Source: Nitrosopumilus sp. (GTDB lineage: Archaea > Thermoproteota > Nitrososphaeria > Nitrososphaerales > Nitrosopumilaceae). From it: a stretch of 64,000 nucleotides of DNA. The stretch's first letter is position 1. Each line of letters starts with the position of its first letter. The position numbers and the translations under genes are program-made. This document shows, piece after piece, positions 40,218-51,000 of the stretch. Below the pieces are notes generated by a model, which ran no database searches, had not been told where the DNA came from, and saw only the letters and a list, made by a program, of their open reading frames with translations. The stretch spans positions 1,760,001 to 1,824,000 of the forward strand of contig OZ240211.1 in NCBI GenBank assembly GCA_965197525.1, read 5' to 3'.

Positions 40218-40949
40218 ATGTCTAAAGAAAAGGAAGAATCAGAACCTGTCACTACTAAACCAACTAGCAAACCAGCTGAAAAACCAACTAGCAAACCAGC
40301 TGCCAAAAAACCGTCCAGTGACAATGCCGCCACTACTGCTGAACTTGAGACCAAAACAACAGACGCTGCCATAAAAAAAGCAGAAGCCGCATCAAAGGCT
40401 CTTCAGGACGCTGAACTAGCAGTCAAAGAAGCGCTTGAAAAAGCAAGGATAGCAAAAGAGGAGGCAGAGGCTGCAGCAGAAGAAGAGTACAAATCAATTG
40501 CAGCTGAAGTCAAAGCAGAGACTGCCAAGAAATCTGATTATACCCTCAAGAGACAAAGCGAGGTGATCTTTAGACGTGATATGGGAGAGCCAGAATTCTT
40601 TTTAGACAAAAAAGATAGATTCCCCCGACCAATATTAACACAGGCTCAACAAGAATCTCTTACAAGACAAGCTGAGATTCCACGTGACCAAACTCCTGCA
40701 TACGTACCTGAACATGTTCTTAGTCCAGAATTTGCAGGCCTTTCAAATTATGAACGCGGTGTTGATTCCTTTTTACAAGACAATTTGACAAAACTTGAGA
40801 AATTAAAAAATGATCCCAATGCAACTCTCAAAGACATCCAAGATCTCAAAGACGAGATAGCTTATTTAGAATCCTTACATGAAAATTTCTATATCGGAAT
40901 GAACGTTTTTAGAACAGCCAAAGGTGGACGAGACAAACTTAAAGTATAG
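40218..40949 (+). CDS. Hypothetical protein with low-complexity/coiled-coil N-terminus
   Basis: KPTSKP repeats, Ala/Glu/Lys-rich helix, ordered C-terminal domain. Confidence 0.75.
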   Translation: MSKEKEESEPVTTKPTSKPAEKPTSKPAAKKPSSDNAATTAELETKTTDAAIKKAEAASKALQDAELAVKEALEKARIAKEEAEAAAEEEYKSIAAEVKAETAKKSDYTLKRQSEVIFRRDMGEPEFFLDKKDRFPRPILTQAQQESLTRQAEIPRDQTPAYVPEHVLSPEFAGLSNYERGVDSFLQDNLTKLEKLKNDPNATLKDIQDLKDEIAYLESLHENFYIGMNVFRTAKGGRDKLKV

Positions 40950-40971
40950 TATGTATGTGTGGTGAGATGGT

Positions 40972-42048
40972 TTGAAACATGTATCTTTTGACGTAATGAA
41001 TGCACGAGTAACTTTTAAAAATATTCCTTTGCACACTTTGTCAAAATTTACCTTCAAGGATGTAGACGCTGCTTGTTTGGAGTTTCAAAAAATTCCTAGT
41101 GTTGATGAGTGTACTATAATCCAAACTGCCAGTAGAGTTGAAATATTTACTGTTAGTAATGTAGAGGATAGTGATTCACCTGATGCACGAAGGGTAGAAG
41201 GCAAGGATCTTTTACTCAATAAAATCAAAGACACTTGGGTATCTCTTTCATCTCTGGAGCAAATTGACATTGATCATTTTGATCAAACACTCGAAGTTTA
41301 CAGAGGTGATGACGCATACCTGCATCTTTTACGATTGGCAACAGGTTTGGACTCGCTTGTTGTAGGGAAGAAAGAAATTTTTGATGAGATAATCAAATCT
41401 CTAACTCGCGCCAAGACTGCTGGTACAACTGGTGATATTCTCAACAAATTATTTGAAAATATACTTCGACTAGCAACGCGAATAAGGGATACCACGGAGA
41501 TAGCCAAGGATGTGCTCTCACTTGGTGATGTTGCCGTAAAACTTGTCAATGAAAAAGCAGGGCTTGATGCTAAAAAGAAAGTGCTACTAATTGGTACTGG
41601 GGAATCAGCTGCTATGGTTGCAAAAACCTTGACCCAGATAAACATACCATTTAATGTTACAAGTAGAACTCTCCAACGCGCTACTGGCTTTACATCAATT
41701 CTTGGTGGAACTCCTGTGGATTTTTATGATGTCTTGACAGGCTTTGACAAGTACGATATTGTTTTTGTAGCAACAACATCTGATTACTTTTTAATTACCT
41801 ATGATAGTATTCATCTGGTTATGGAGGAGAAGAAGAAAGGGACACTAATCTTAGATTTGTCAGATCCCAGAACTGTTGATGAAGGAATTACTGGACTTCC
41901 TGGAATCAAACTATTATTCCGGGACCAAATTGCAGAAATCTATGATGAGAATGTAAAATCTCGAATAGGTATAGCTCCTGCAGTAGAGAAGATAATTGTC
42001 AAAGAACTTCCAGTTTTATCTGCTAGGATGCAGCTAATGGACAGTTAA
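40972..42048 (+). CDS. Glutamyl-tRNA reductase-like protein (catalytic Cys replaced)
   Basis: HemA architecture (HLLRLATGLDSLVVGKKEI, LIGTGES, DLSDPRTVD) but TASRVE in place of TCNRxE. Confidence 0.8.
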   Translation: MKHVSFDVMNARVTFKNIPLHTLSKFTFKDVDAACLEFQKIPSVDECTIIQTASRVEIFTVSNVEDSDSPDARRVEGKDLLLNKIKDTWVSLSSLEQIDIDHFDQTLEVYRGDDAYLHLLRLATGLDSLVVGKKEIFDEIIKSLTRAKTAGTTGDILNKLFENILRLATRIRDTTEIAKDVLSLGDVAVKLVNEKAGLDAKKKVLLIGTGESAAMVAKTLTQINIPFNVTSRTLQRATGFTSILGGTPVDFYDVLTGFDKYDIVFVATTSDYFLITYDSIHLVMEEKKKGTLILDLSDPRTVDEGITGLPGIKLLFRDQIAEIYDENVKSRIGIAPAVEKIIVKELPVLSARMQLMDS

Positions 42049-42337
42049 CTGTTATTGTTTTTGTTTTCTCAATAGAAATTGCATTACGGCCTCTCTGGAA
42101 TAGTCTATTCCGTGCTCTTCCTCATTATGCGTTCTGAATTTATCAACAACCACATCAATCTCTCCATCAGCTATAAAATCACACTCAAATCCATAATTTT
42201 TACATTTGAGCTCGACCATACTACTTTTTTAACAAGTTTACAATATAAAAATCCACAGGTACTACGTATGTAGTTGCGTCATCTCTAAAATTATTTTATT
42301 GTGTAAGTCACACTTGGTTCATTCCGCCTTTTTATTA

Positions 42338-43222
42338 TCATCCATATGACTCGAACTTTATCCCGAAACTACCATCAGGATTTTTCTCATGTTCTGTTAC
42401 GAATCCTTTTGCCCCTATTGAATCAATTACTCCGTCAATTGTCCCCTGGTAGCCACAAATGTATATAATTGTATTCACTGGAGTTATCTCTTCTCCTACT
42501 ATCTCTTCAATTGGCGACAACCCTGTTTTTTTGTTGGGTGTAAAAAATGATTCAACCCTTCCAACATGACCATTCCATGATCTGTTAAAATACTCTTTTG
42601 GTCTGCTAATTGCAGCTCTGTACCTGAAATTCCATTGATCTCTACCTCTCTTTTCGCTTTCCATCTCTAGATCAGTTAAAAGACGTTTGTAGCTTAACTC
42701 ATCAACGTAGCTTGCACCGTGCAGTATTACAACCTCACGTTTGTCATTGATGTCATGGAAATGTTTTGCAAATGCGATAAATGGTGCTAATCCTGTTCCT
42801 CCACCTACGCAAATTATTCGTCTGCTGTCTTTTTTACCATTGTGTAGCTTGTCGCTGATCTGTAATGCTGCACCTGTTGGTTCTCCTAGGTACACCTCGT
42901 CTCCTACATTTGCATAGAATAATTCAGTTGTTACTCTGCCCGGGAGTGGTTTTCTTACCCATCTAATTACAAATTCAAAATAGTCTCTATTTTCAGGATG
43001 TGATGCTATGGAATATGCTCTTCTTACTATCTTCTTCTCTGATGGTATTGGAACCCCTACTGTTAGGAACTGACCTGTCTTATATTTGGGCATTCCAGTC
43101 TCTGGTACCAGTCGTATAATTACCAGATCCTCCTTTAATAGTTCCATGTATGTGACTTTTGCTTTTACTTCTGATACCATCAAGTTATTTTTTGTTACTT
43201 TGGATAAATACATTTCTGTCAT
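42338..43222 (-). CDS. Ferredoxin--NADP reductase family protein (copy 2)
   Basis: RRAYSIAS, GGGTGLAP, YICG, FESYG; paralog of 24738..25583. Confidence 0.92.
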   Translation of the reverse strand: MTEMYLSKVTKNNLMVSEVKAKVTYMELLKEDLVIIRLVPETGMPKYKTGQFLTVGVPIPSEKKIVRRAYSIASHPENRDYFEFVIRWVRKPLPGRVTTELFYANVGDEVYLGEPTGAALQISDKLHNGKKDSRRIICVGGGTGLAPFIAFAKHFHDINDKREVVILHGASYVDELSYKRLLTDLEMESEKRGRDQWNFRYRAAISRPKEYFNRSWNGHVGRVESFFTPNKKTGLSPIEEIVGEEITPVNTIIYICGYQGTIDGVIDSIGAKGFVTEHEKNPDGSFGIKFESYG

Positions 43223-43350
43223 GTTTCATTTCTACAATGTCCAAAAAATAGTATACCCCTTAAAATTTGGATGAAATTCTGGTGGCAGAATCTGAAAGAA
43301 GTCAAGGTATGTGAGCCATTACACAAAACAGGATCAATCCAAGAGCAATC

Positions 43351-43698
43351 ATGGGAAGACTAGACGAAGCAAAGATGCGATGGATAATTCGTGAGAAGAG
43401 GAAAAGAGATCTCACAAATCGGCAGATAGCAGAATCCATGAAAATCTCCATAATTTGTATCACGAAACTGTGGGCCAGATACGGGTACGTGGAATATGCA
43501 AAAATAATATATTCGACACGTATTGGACGGCAGGAAGCTGGCACGCCTGGACGCAAAGAAAACTCTGTAGTGATATCTGTACGCCACAAGTATGCCTGTG
43601 TGGCAGTCAAACTTGAAGAATGCATCAGAGATGACAGCGGTGTTCATATACCGCATATGACTATTCACAGTATACTGGCAGAGGATGACTATAGCTAA
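43351..43698 (+). pseudogene. IS481-like archaeal transposase N-terminal fragment, truncated by the IS630 insertion
   Basis: LDEAKMRWIIREKRK...IAESMKIS...LWARY HTH; HMTIHSIL ends at the TA insertion site; no DDE domain. Confidence 0.65.
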
Positions 43699-44790
43699 AA
43701 GAATAGGTTCATTCGGATAAATATTTTGCACTGAAATACATAGCTCAAACCTAGCCACAAACCTGCATGGCAAGCACAGAACACGACAGGCTTAAGATGA
43801 CATATAAAAAAGAAAGGGATCCTCGAATTCGTTCACGAATTTTTGCAGTGCATATGGTATGCGTGTTGAAGAAAAGTGTCAACGAGACTGCCGAAATTAC
43901 CATGCAGTAATCCAGAATGGGTCACAAAGTGGGTACAAAGATACCGTGAGGGCAAAATAGAAGCCCTTGCGGATCTTCTTAGATCTGGAAGACCTCCTGT
44001 CATACCGCAATGCGACATGGACTGCATAATGAAAGATGCAATACAGAACAAGACTACTCCTGTCATGTTGCAACAAAAAATACAACAAGACTATGGCGTG
44101 TCTTATCATATAACACATGTTCGAAATATCATGCGCAGATACAATATGTCTCCAAAGGTTTCACAACTACTCCACATAAACCACGCCACAGTATCTCAGG
44201 TACGTAACTGGCAGTATCGACTAAATGAAGCTATTTCATGCCTAAAATCCGACGGTTTTACAGTTTGTGTAATGGGTGAAGCAATCTTCATACATGATTC
44301 GATGAGAGGACGAAAATATTGGTCTCCAATAGGGACTAGAATCATTACACCATATATCAGAAACCATAAGAGAATTATCGTGTATGGTGTCATCACAGAT
44401 GATGGTAGGCAGACGTTCAGGACCCATGAAAAATTCAACGGCGATGTATTTTATGATTATGTCATACAACTGCATCGAAAGTGGGGCAAGATTGACATAT
44501 TGTGTGACAGGGCATCATCACACAAGACACACAAGATCAAAAGATTATTGCGCAACAATAAGAGTATTCGAATCATCTATCTGCCACGTGGTTCTCCATA
44601 TCTTAATGCCGTAGAGGCTTGTTGGCATATTGGTAAACGTGAGCTACTGGTATCTGAATACTATTCAACGTTTACTGCCATGTGCAACGCAATTTCAAAA
44701 TATTACAGAACAGTCAGGTTTAAGCTTGATCTGTTTACATATCTGTACAGATCTCCTTTGAAGATCCTAACGAACTTTGTCTCGTAGCTA
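43692..44790 (+). mobile_element. IS630-family insertion sequence (degenerate)
   Basis: TA duplication at 43690-91 and 44791-92; imperfect TIRs TAGCTAAAAGAATAGGTTC / TAGCTACGAGACAAAGTTC (reverse complement). Confidence 0.85.
43767..44787 (+). pseudogene. IS630 transposase, frameshifted
   Basis: ATG 43767 MASTEHDRLKMTYKKERDPRIRSRIFAVH...MQ* then a one-base frameshift near 43910 into the listed ORF; first catalytic Asp appears as Gly (VMGEAIF); DRASSH and YLNAVEACW retained. Confidence 0.8.
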
Positions 44791-44867
44791 TACATCCAGT
44801 CAGAATATTGAACAATACCTTTTCAGAAAACCGATTGCAAAGACTTTTTGACGTCACTCTACTATGT

Positions 44868-44981
44868 CAAATAAGGGGGGAGGGGGGACTACTTTTCATA
44901 TATCACAAATAAGGGGGGAGGGGGGACTACTTTTCATATATCACAAATAAGGGAGGAGGGGGGACTACTTTTCATATATTA
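44868..44981 (+). repeat. G-rich 38-bp tandem repeat x3
   Basis: Unit CAAATAAGGGGGGAGGGGGGACTACTTTTCATATATCA starting at 44868, 44906 and 44944; no spacers. Confidence 0.92.
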
Positions 44982-45039
44982 CAATCTACTGTATTAATAG
45001 ATACACCTAATACCGTCCATTTATTCATATGATAGCATC

Positions 45040-48000
45040 ATGAGACATATAATGTTGGATTTTAATGTATGGCGAGATGAAGTTTTTCGATGCAGAATAA
45101 TCCATTCCAGGAATCTGCTGCACCGCAGGCAGAATCTAGGTTTGGCTGCTACACTGGTAGCAATCGCTGCGCTGGCAATTGGGATGACGGCAGGGCTCTT
45201 GGTCGTGCAGCCTGGGGGCTCGATCGGTACACCCCATGGGATAGGTGTTGGGGGGGATGCCGTTCCAGATGCGTGGCCCCTGTCCAGTGATATCGCATTC
45301 ACGTGGCTGTTGTCAGGATACGCGTTTGCACAGCTTCTGGAGGACGCGTTTGTAACCACTTGGAAGACCGACTCTGCCGGCCAGTCCATCACCATACCCG
45401 TGGGGGGTGCTACGGGTAACTACACCGTGGACTGGGGCGACGGCACCATGAGCGAGAACGTCACGGGAGACCAAATGCACCCGTACGCTTCCGCAGGCAA
45501 CCACACCGTCCGCATATCGGGCAACTTTACCATGATATACCTGAACAACGACCTTGACAATGCACCCAAGCTTGTGTCAATAGACCAATGGGGCGCCATC
45601 AAGTGGGAGTCGACGGCAAGGGCCTTCTACGGTGCGTCCGACATGGTCTACAAAGCCACAGACGTGCCGGATCTGTCTGAGGTGACCGACATGGTCTCAA
45701 TGTTTCACGACGCCCGCAATTTCAACGGCAACATCTCCAACTGGGACGTCTCGAATGTGACCGACATGAACAGCTTGTTCGAAGGCGCCCGCAATTTCAA
45801 CCAGCCGCTCAACGACTGGGACGTTTCGAACGTCGATTCCATGGCCAATATGTTCGACGGCGCCACCACGTTCGACCAGAACTTGGGGGAATGGTACGTG
45901 GTGCCCGCCGACACGGCATTTAACGCTGGCGACGCGTCACTCAACGTCACCACCATATCGGCCCAAAACGGCTTTCTGGATGACCAGCGTCCTAGGTACG
46001 GCATCGGAGCCGGCCAAAACTCGACGCTCTTCAACGTGACCGGCAATACCCTGATGTTCAAGAGCCCTACGGATCCAGGCAACTACAGGGTCAACGTGAC
46101 CGCGTCGGGCCCTGTCTTCGAGTCCAGCAACAACTGGCGCGTGCTTGGAGTGACGGTATCGGGTACATCCGACTTCGCCCCGACGGCAAGCGCCGGTCCA
46201 GACCTTGTTCTCACGGAGGGTGCTGTCTTCATGCTGAACGGCTCGGCCACAGATCCGAACGGCGGCGGGCTGACGTACTTGTGGACTCAGAGTCCAGCGT
46301 CCACGGTGGTCGCTTTCAGCGACACGTCCTCGCCCACCGCCACCATCACAGTGCCGCAGGTCACGGCAAACACCAACGTCACTCTCACCCTGACCGCAAC
46401 CAACACCTCCTTGGCCTCAGCAACCGACTCGCTGGTCCTGGCGATAAGGGAGACGGGCTCAGCATTTCTCACCACTTGGAACGTGACCGAAACCGGCACG
46501 ACCGTGTCCATACCGACGTATGGTGCGTACGAGATAATCTGGGGCGACGGCAGCGCGGAGGCCGTCAGATTCAACGGTCTCCAGTCGCACTCCTACTCTG
46601 CCGCCGGGATGTACCAGGTGGCCATGACCTCTGGCCTCTCAAGGATAGGCCTTTCTGGCTCTGACGCCACGCCGAAGAGATTGGCCTCAATCGACCAGTG
46701 GGGGGAGATCCAGTGGACGTCTATGCAGGCCGCCTTTCAGAGTGCCTCCGCCATGACCTACGGCGCGACCGATGCCCCAGACCTCTCCGGTGTGACCAGC
46801 ATGGTCAACATGTTCTGGGGCGCCACCTCCTTCAACGGAAACATCTCCTCCTGGGACGTCTCAAACGTCGTGAACATGAACAGCATGTTTACGAGCGCCA
46901 CCTCCTTCAACGGAAACATCTCCTCTTGGGACGTCTCAAACGTCGTGAACATGAACAGCATGTTTACGAGCGCCACCTCCTTCAACGGAAACATCTCCTC
47001 CTGGGACGTCTCGAGAGTCACAGATATGGCCCACATGTTCAATGGCGCCACCTCCTTCAACGGAAACATCTCCTCCTGGGACGTCTCGAGAGTCACAGAT
47101 ATGGTCCACATGTTCTATGGCGCCACCTCCTTCAATCATGACATCTCCTCCTGGGACGTCTCGAGAGTCACCGACATGCGCAACATGTTCCGGGACGCCA
47201 CCTCCTTCAACGGAAACATCTCCTCTTGGGACGTCTCGAGAGTCACCGACATGTCCGGCATGTTCTATCGAGCCACCTCCTTCAACGGGAACATCTCCTC
47301 CTGGGACGTCTCGAGCGTCACCGACATGTACGTCATGTTCTATCGAGCCACCTCCTTCAATCAGGACATCTCCTCCTGGGACGTCTCGGATGTAGCCGTC
47401 ATGCGCGCCATGTTCCAGCGAGCCACCTCCTTCAACGGGAACATCTCCTCCTGGGACGTCTCGAGCGTCACCGACATACGCACCATGTTCCAGCACGCCA
47501 CCTCCTTCAATCAGGACATCTCCTCCTGGGACGTCTCGGATGTAGCCGTCATGCACGCCATGTTCCAAGGCGCATCTGCCTTTGACCAGAATCTGGGTAA
47601 TTGGTATGTCGTACTCGATGATACCGTGATATTCAACGCGACTGAGACACTTGCCATAAGGGCACAAAACTCGTGGCTTGACAACCGGAATCCCACGTAC
47701 GGCCTTGGCACGGGCGGCGACTCGGATCTCTTTGTGATCACTGGCGATATCTTGGGGCGGAACTCTACTGTTGATTATTCTGGCAAGACTGGGTATTCGG
47801 TCAACATTACCTCTACTGGAGATTTTGGCACCAGTAACTACCGTATATATGATATAACCGTAACCGGCGAAGACACGATTCCCGATACCGTCCCAACTGT
47901 TACGTCAATCGAGAGGAGCAACCCGGTAGCGGAGACCACTTCCGCGCAGACCTTGGTCTTTGCGGTCACGTTCAGCGAGGACGTCACCGACGTGGATGCC

Positions 48001-51000
48001 GGTGACTTTGCGCTGTCATCGGACAGCACTGGAACAGGCAGCGTGACAAACCTGGTAGGCTCGGGCAGCCAGTACCTAGTGGGCGTCTCGACCACGCAGG
48101 ACGGCACCTACAACCTTGATCTGGTATCGTCAGGACACGGTATAACAGATGAATCAAACAACCCTCTAACAAACGTGATTCCAACTACAGGTACTGACGA
48201 GACGTATACCGTCAATACTGTACCTGCTGACACCACTGCGCCAACATTATCATCAATTGAGCGGTACAATCCATCTACAGAAAACACCGACAGCCAGACG
48301 CTGACCTACAAGGTGACCTTTAGCGAGGACGTCACCGGAGTGGACACGACTGACTTTACCCTGTCTTCTGATAGCACGGGCGGATCAAGCTCTGCCCAGT
48401 TCACACAGACACGTTCTCCTGCCATTGCCATAACTGCAGCTAACACCATAACAGATACCATTACAGTTACCGGCTCTGGTACTGTTATGTCAGTCTCTGT
48501 CGCCGTGGACGTCTCCCACACGTACAAAGGCGATCTCAAGGTTGATCTTATTGCACCTGATGGTACAATCAAGACCGTCCACAACCGCTCTGGAGGCAGC
48601 GCCGATGACATAGACCAGACATACACACCAGACTTTGCCGGTGTTTCAATTGCAGGTACCTGGACTTTGAGGATAAACGACAACTATGCAGCTGCAGACG
48701 ACGGTACCCTGAACAGCTGGACGCTTACGATCAATTCTGGTAGTAGTAGCGGTACGTCAAACCCCGTAACATCGATCTCAGGTTCTGGTGACACGTACCA
48801 AGTGACAGTCTCTGCCACACAGGACGGCACATACAACCTTGATCTGATATCGTCAGGACACGGCATCGAAGACGAATCAAACAATCCACTAACAGACGTG
48901 ACTCCAACTACAGGTACTGACGAGACGTATACCGTCAATACTGCACCTGCTGACACCACTGAACCTGCTGACACCACTGCACCAACATTATCATCAATTG
49001 AGCGGTCCAGTCCAGCTACACAAAACACAGACAACCAGACGCTAGTCTACGAGGTGACATTCAGCGAGAACGTCACCGGAGTGGATACGACTGACTTTGC
49101 CCTGTCTTCTGATAGCACGGGCGGATCAAGCTCTGCCCAGTTCACACAGACACGTTCTCCTGCCATTGCCATAACTGCAGCTAACACCATAACAGATACC
49201 ATCACAGTCCCAGACTCTGGTACTGTTACGTCAGTCTCTGTCGCAATAGATGTCTCCCACACGTACAAAGGCGATCTCAAGGTTGATCTTATTGCACCTG
49301 ATGGTACAATCAAGACCGTCCACAACCGCTCTGGAGGCAGCGCCGATGACATAGACCAGACATACACACCAGACTTTGCAGGCGTTCCAATTGCAGGTAT
49401 CTGGACGCTACAGATAAACGACAACTATGCCACCGCAGACGACGGCACCCTGAACAGCTGGACGCTTACGATCAATCCTGATAGTAGTAGTGGTACATCA
49501 AACCCTGTAACATCGATCTCAGGTTCTGGCGACACGTACCAAGTGACGGTTTCGGCCACACAGGACGGCACATACAACCTTGATCTGATATCGTCAGGAC
49601 ACGGCATCGAAGACGAATCAAACAATCCACTAACAGACGTGACTCCAACTACAGGTACTGACGAGACGTATACCGTCAATACTGTACCTGCTGACACCAC
49701 TGCGCCAACACTATCATCAATTGAGCGGTACAATCCATCTACAGAAAACACCGACAACCAGACGCTGACCTACAAGGTGATCTTCAGCGAGGATGTCACC
49801 GGAGTGGACACGACTGACTTTACCCTGTCTTCTGATAGCACGGGCGGATCAAGCTCTGCCCAGTTCACACAGACACGTTCTCCTGCCATTGCCATAACTG
49901 CAGCTAACACCATAACAGATACCATTACAGTTACCGGCTCTGGTACTGTTATGTCAGTCTCTGTCGCCGTGGATGTCTCCCACACGTACAAAGGCGATCT
50001 CAAGGTTGATCTTATTGCACCTGATGGAACCATCAAGACCGTCCACAACCGCTCTGGAGGCAGCGCCGATGACATAGACCAGACATACACACCAGACTTT
50101 GCAGGCGTTCCAATTGCAGGTATCTGGACGCTACAGATAAACGACAACTATGCCACCGCAGACGACGGCACCCTGAACAGCTGGACGCTTACGATCAATC
50201 CTGATAATAGTAGTGGTACATCAAACCCTGTAACATCGATCTCAGGTTCTGGCGACACGTACCAAGTGACGGTTTCGGCCACACAGGACGGCACATACAA
50301 CCTTGATCTGATATCGTCAGGACACGGCATCGAAGACGAATCAAACAATCCACTAACAGACGTGACTCCAACTACAGGTACTGACGAGACGTATACCGTC
50401 AATACTGTACCTGCTGACACCACTGCGCCAACACTATCATCAATTGAGCGGTACAATCCATCTACAGAAAACACCGACAACCAGACGCTGACCTACAAGG
50501 TGATCTTCAGCGAGGATGTCACCGGAGTGGACACGACTGACTTTACCCTGTCTTCTGATAGCACGGGCGGATCAAGCTCTGCCCAGTTCACACAGACACG
50601 TTCTCCTGCCATTGCCATAACTGCAGCTAACACCATAACAGATACCATTACAGTTACCGGCTCTGGTACTGTTATGTCAGTCTCTGTCGCCGTGGATGTC
50701 TCCCACACGTACAAAGGCGATCTCAAGGTTGATCTTATTGCACCTGATGGAACCATCAAGACCGTCCACAACCGCTCTGGAGGCAGCGCCGATGACATAG
50801 ACCAGACATACACACCAGACTTTGCAGGCGTTCCAATTGCAGGTATCTGGACGCTACAGATAAACGACAACTATGCCACCGCAGACGACGGCACCCTGAA
50901 CAGCTGGACGCTTACGATCAATCCTGATAGTAGTAGTGGTACATCAAACCCTGTAACATCGATCTCAGGTTCTGGCGACACGTACCAAGTGACGGTTTCG

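Noticed and set aside
44868-44981. Possible CRISPR array or origin (ORB) from the G-rich repeats
   Set aside because: Units are contiguous with no spacers, no cas genes are present, the TCCAxTGGA ORB core is absent and no cdc6 is nearby.
46785-47600. Diversity-generating retroelement behind the DUF285 variability
   Set aside because: No reverse transcriptase in the window, no TR/VR pair, and the changes are not confined to adenines.
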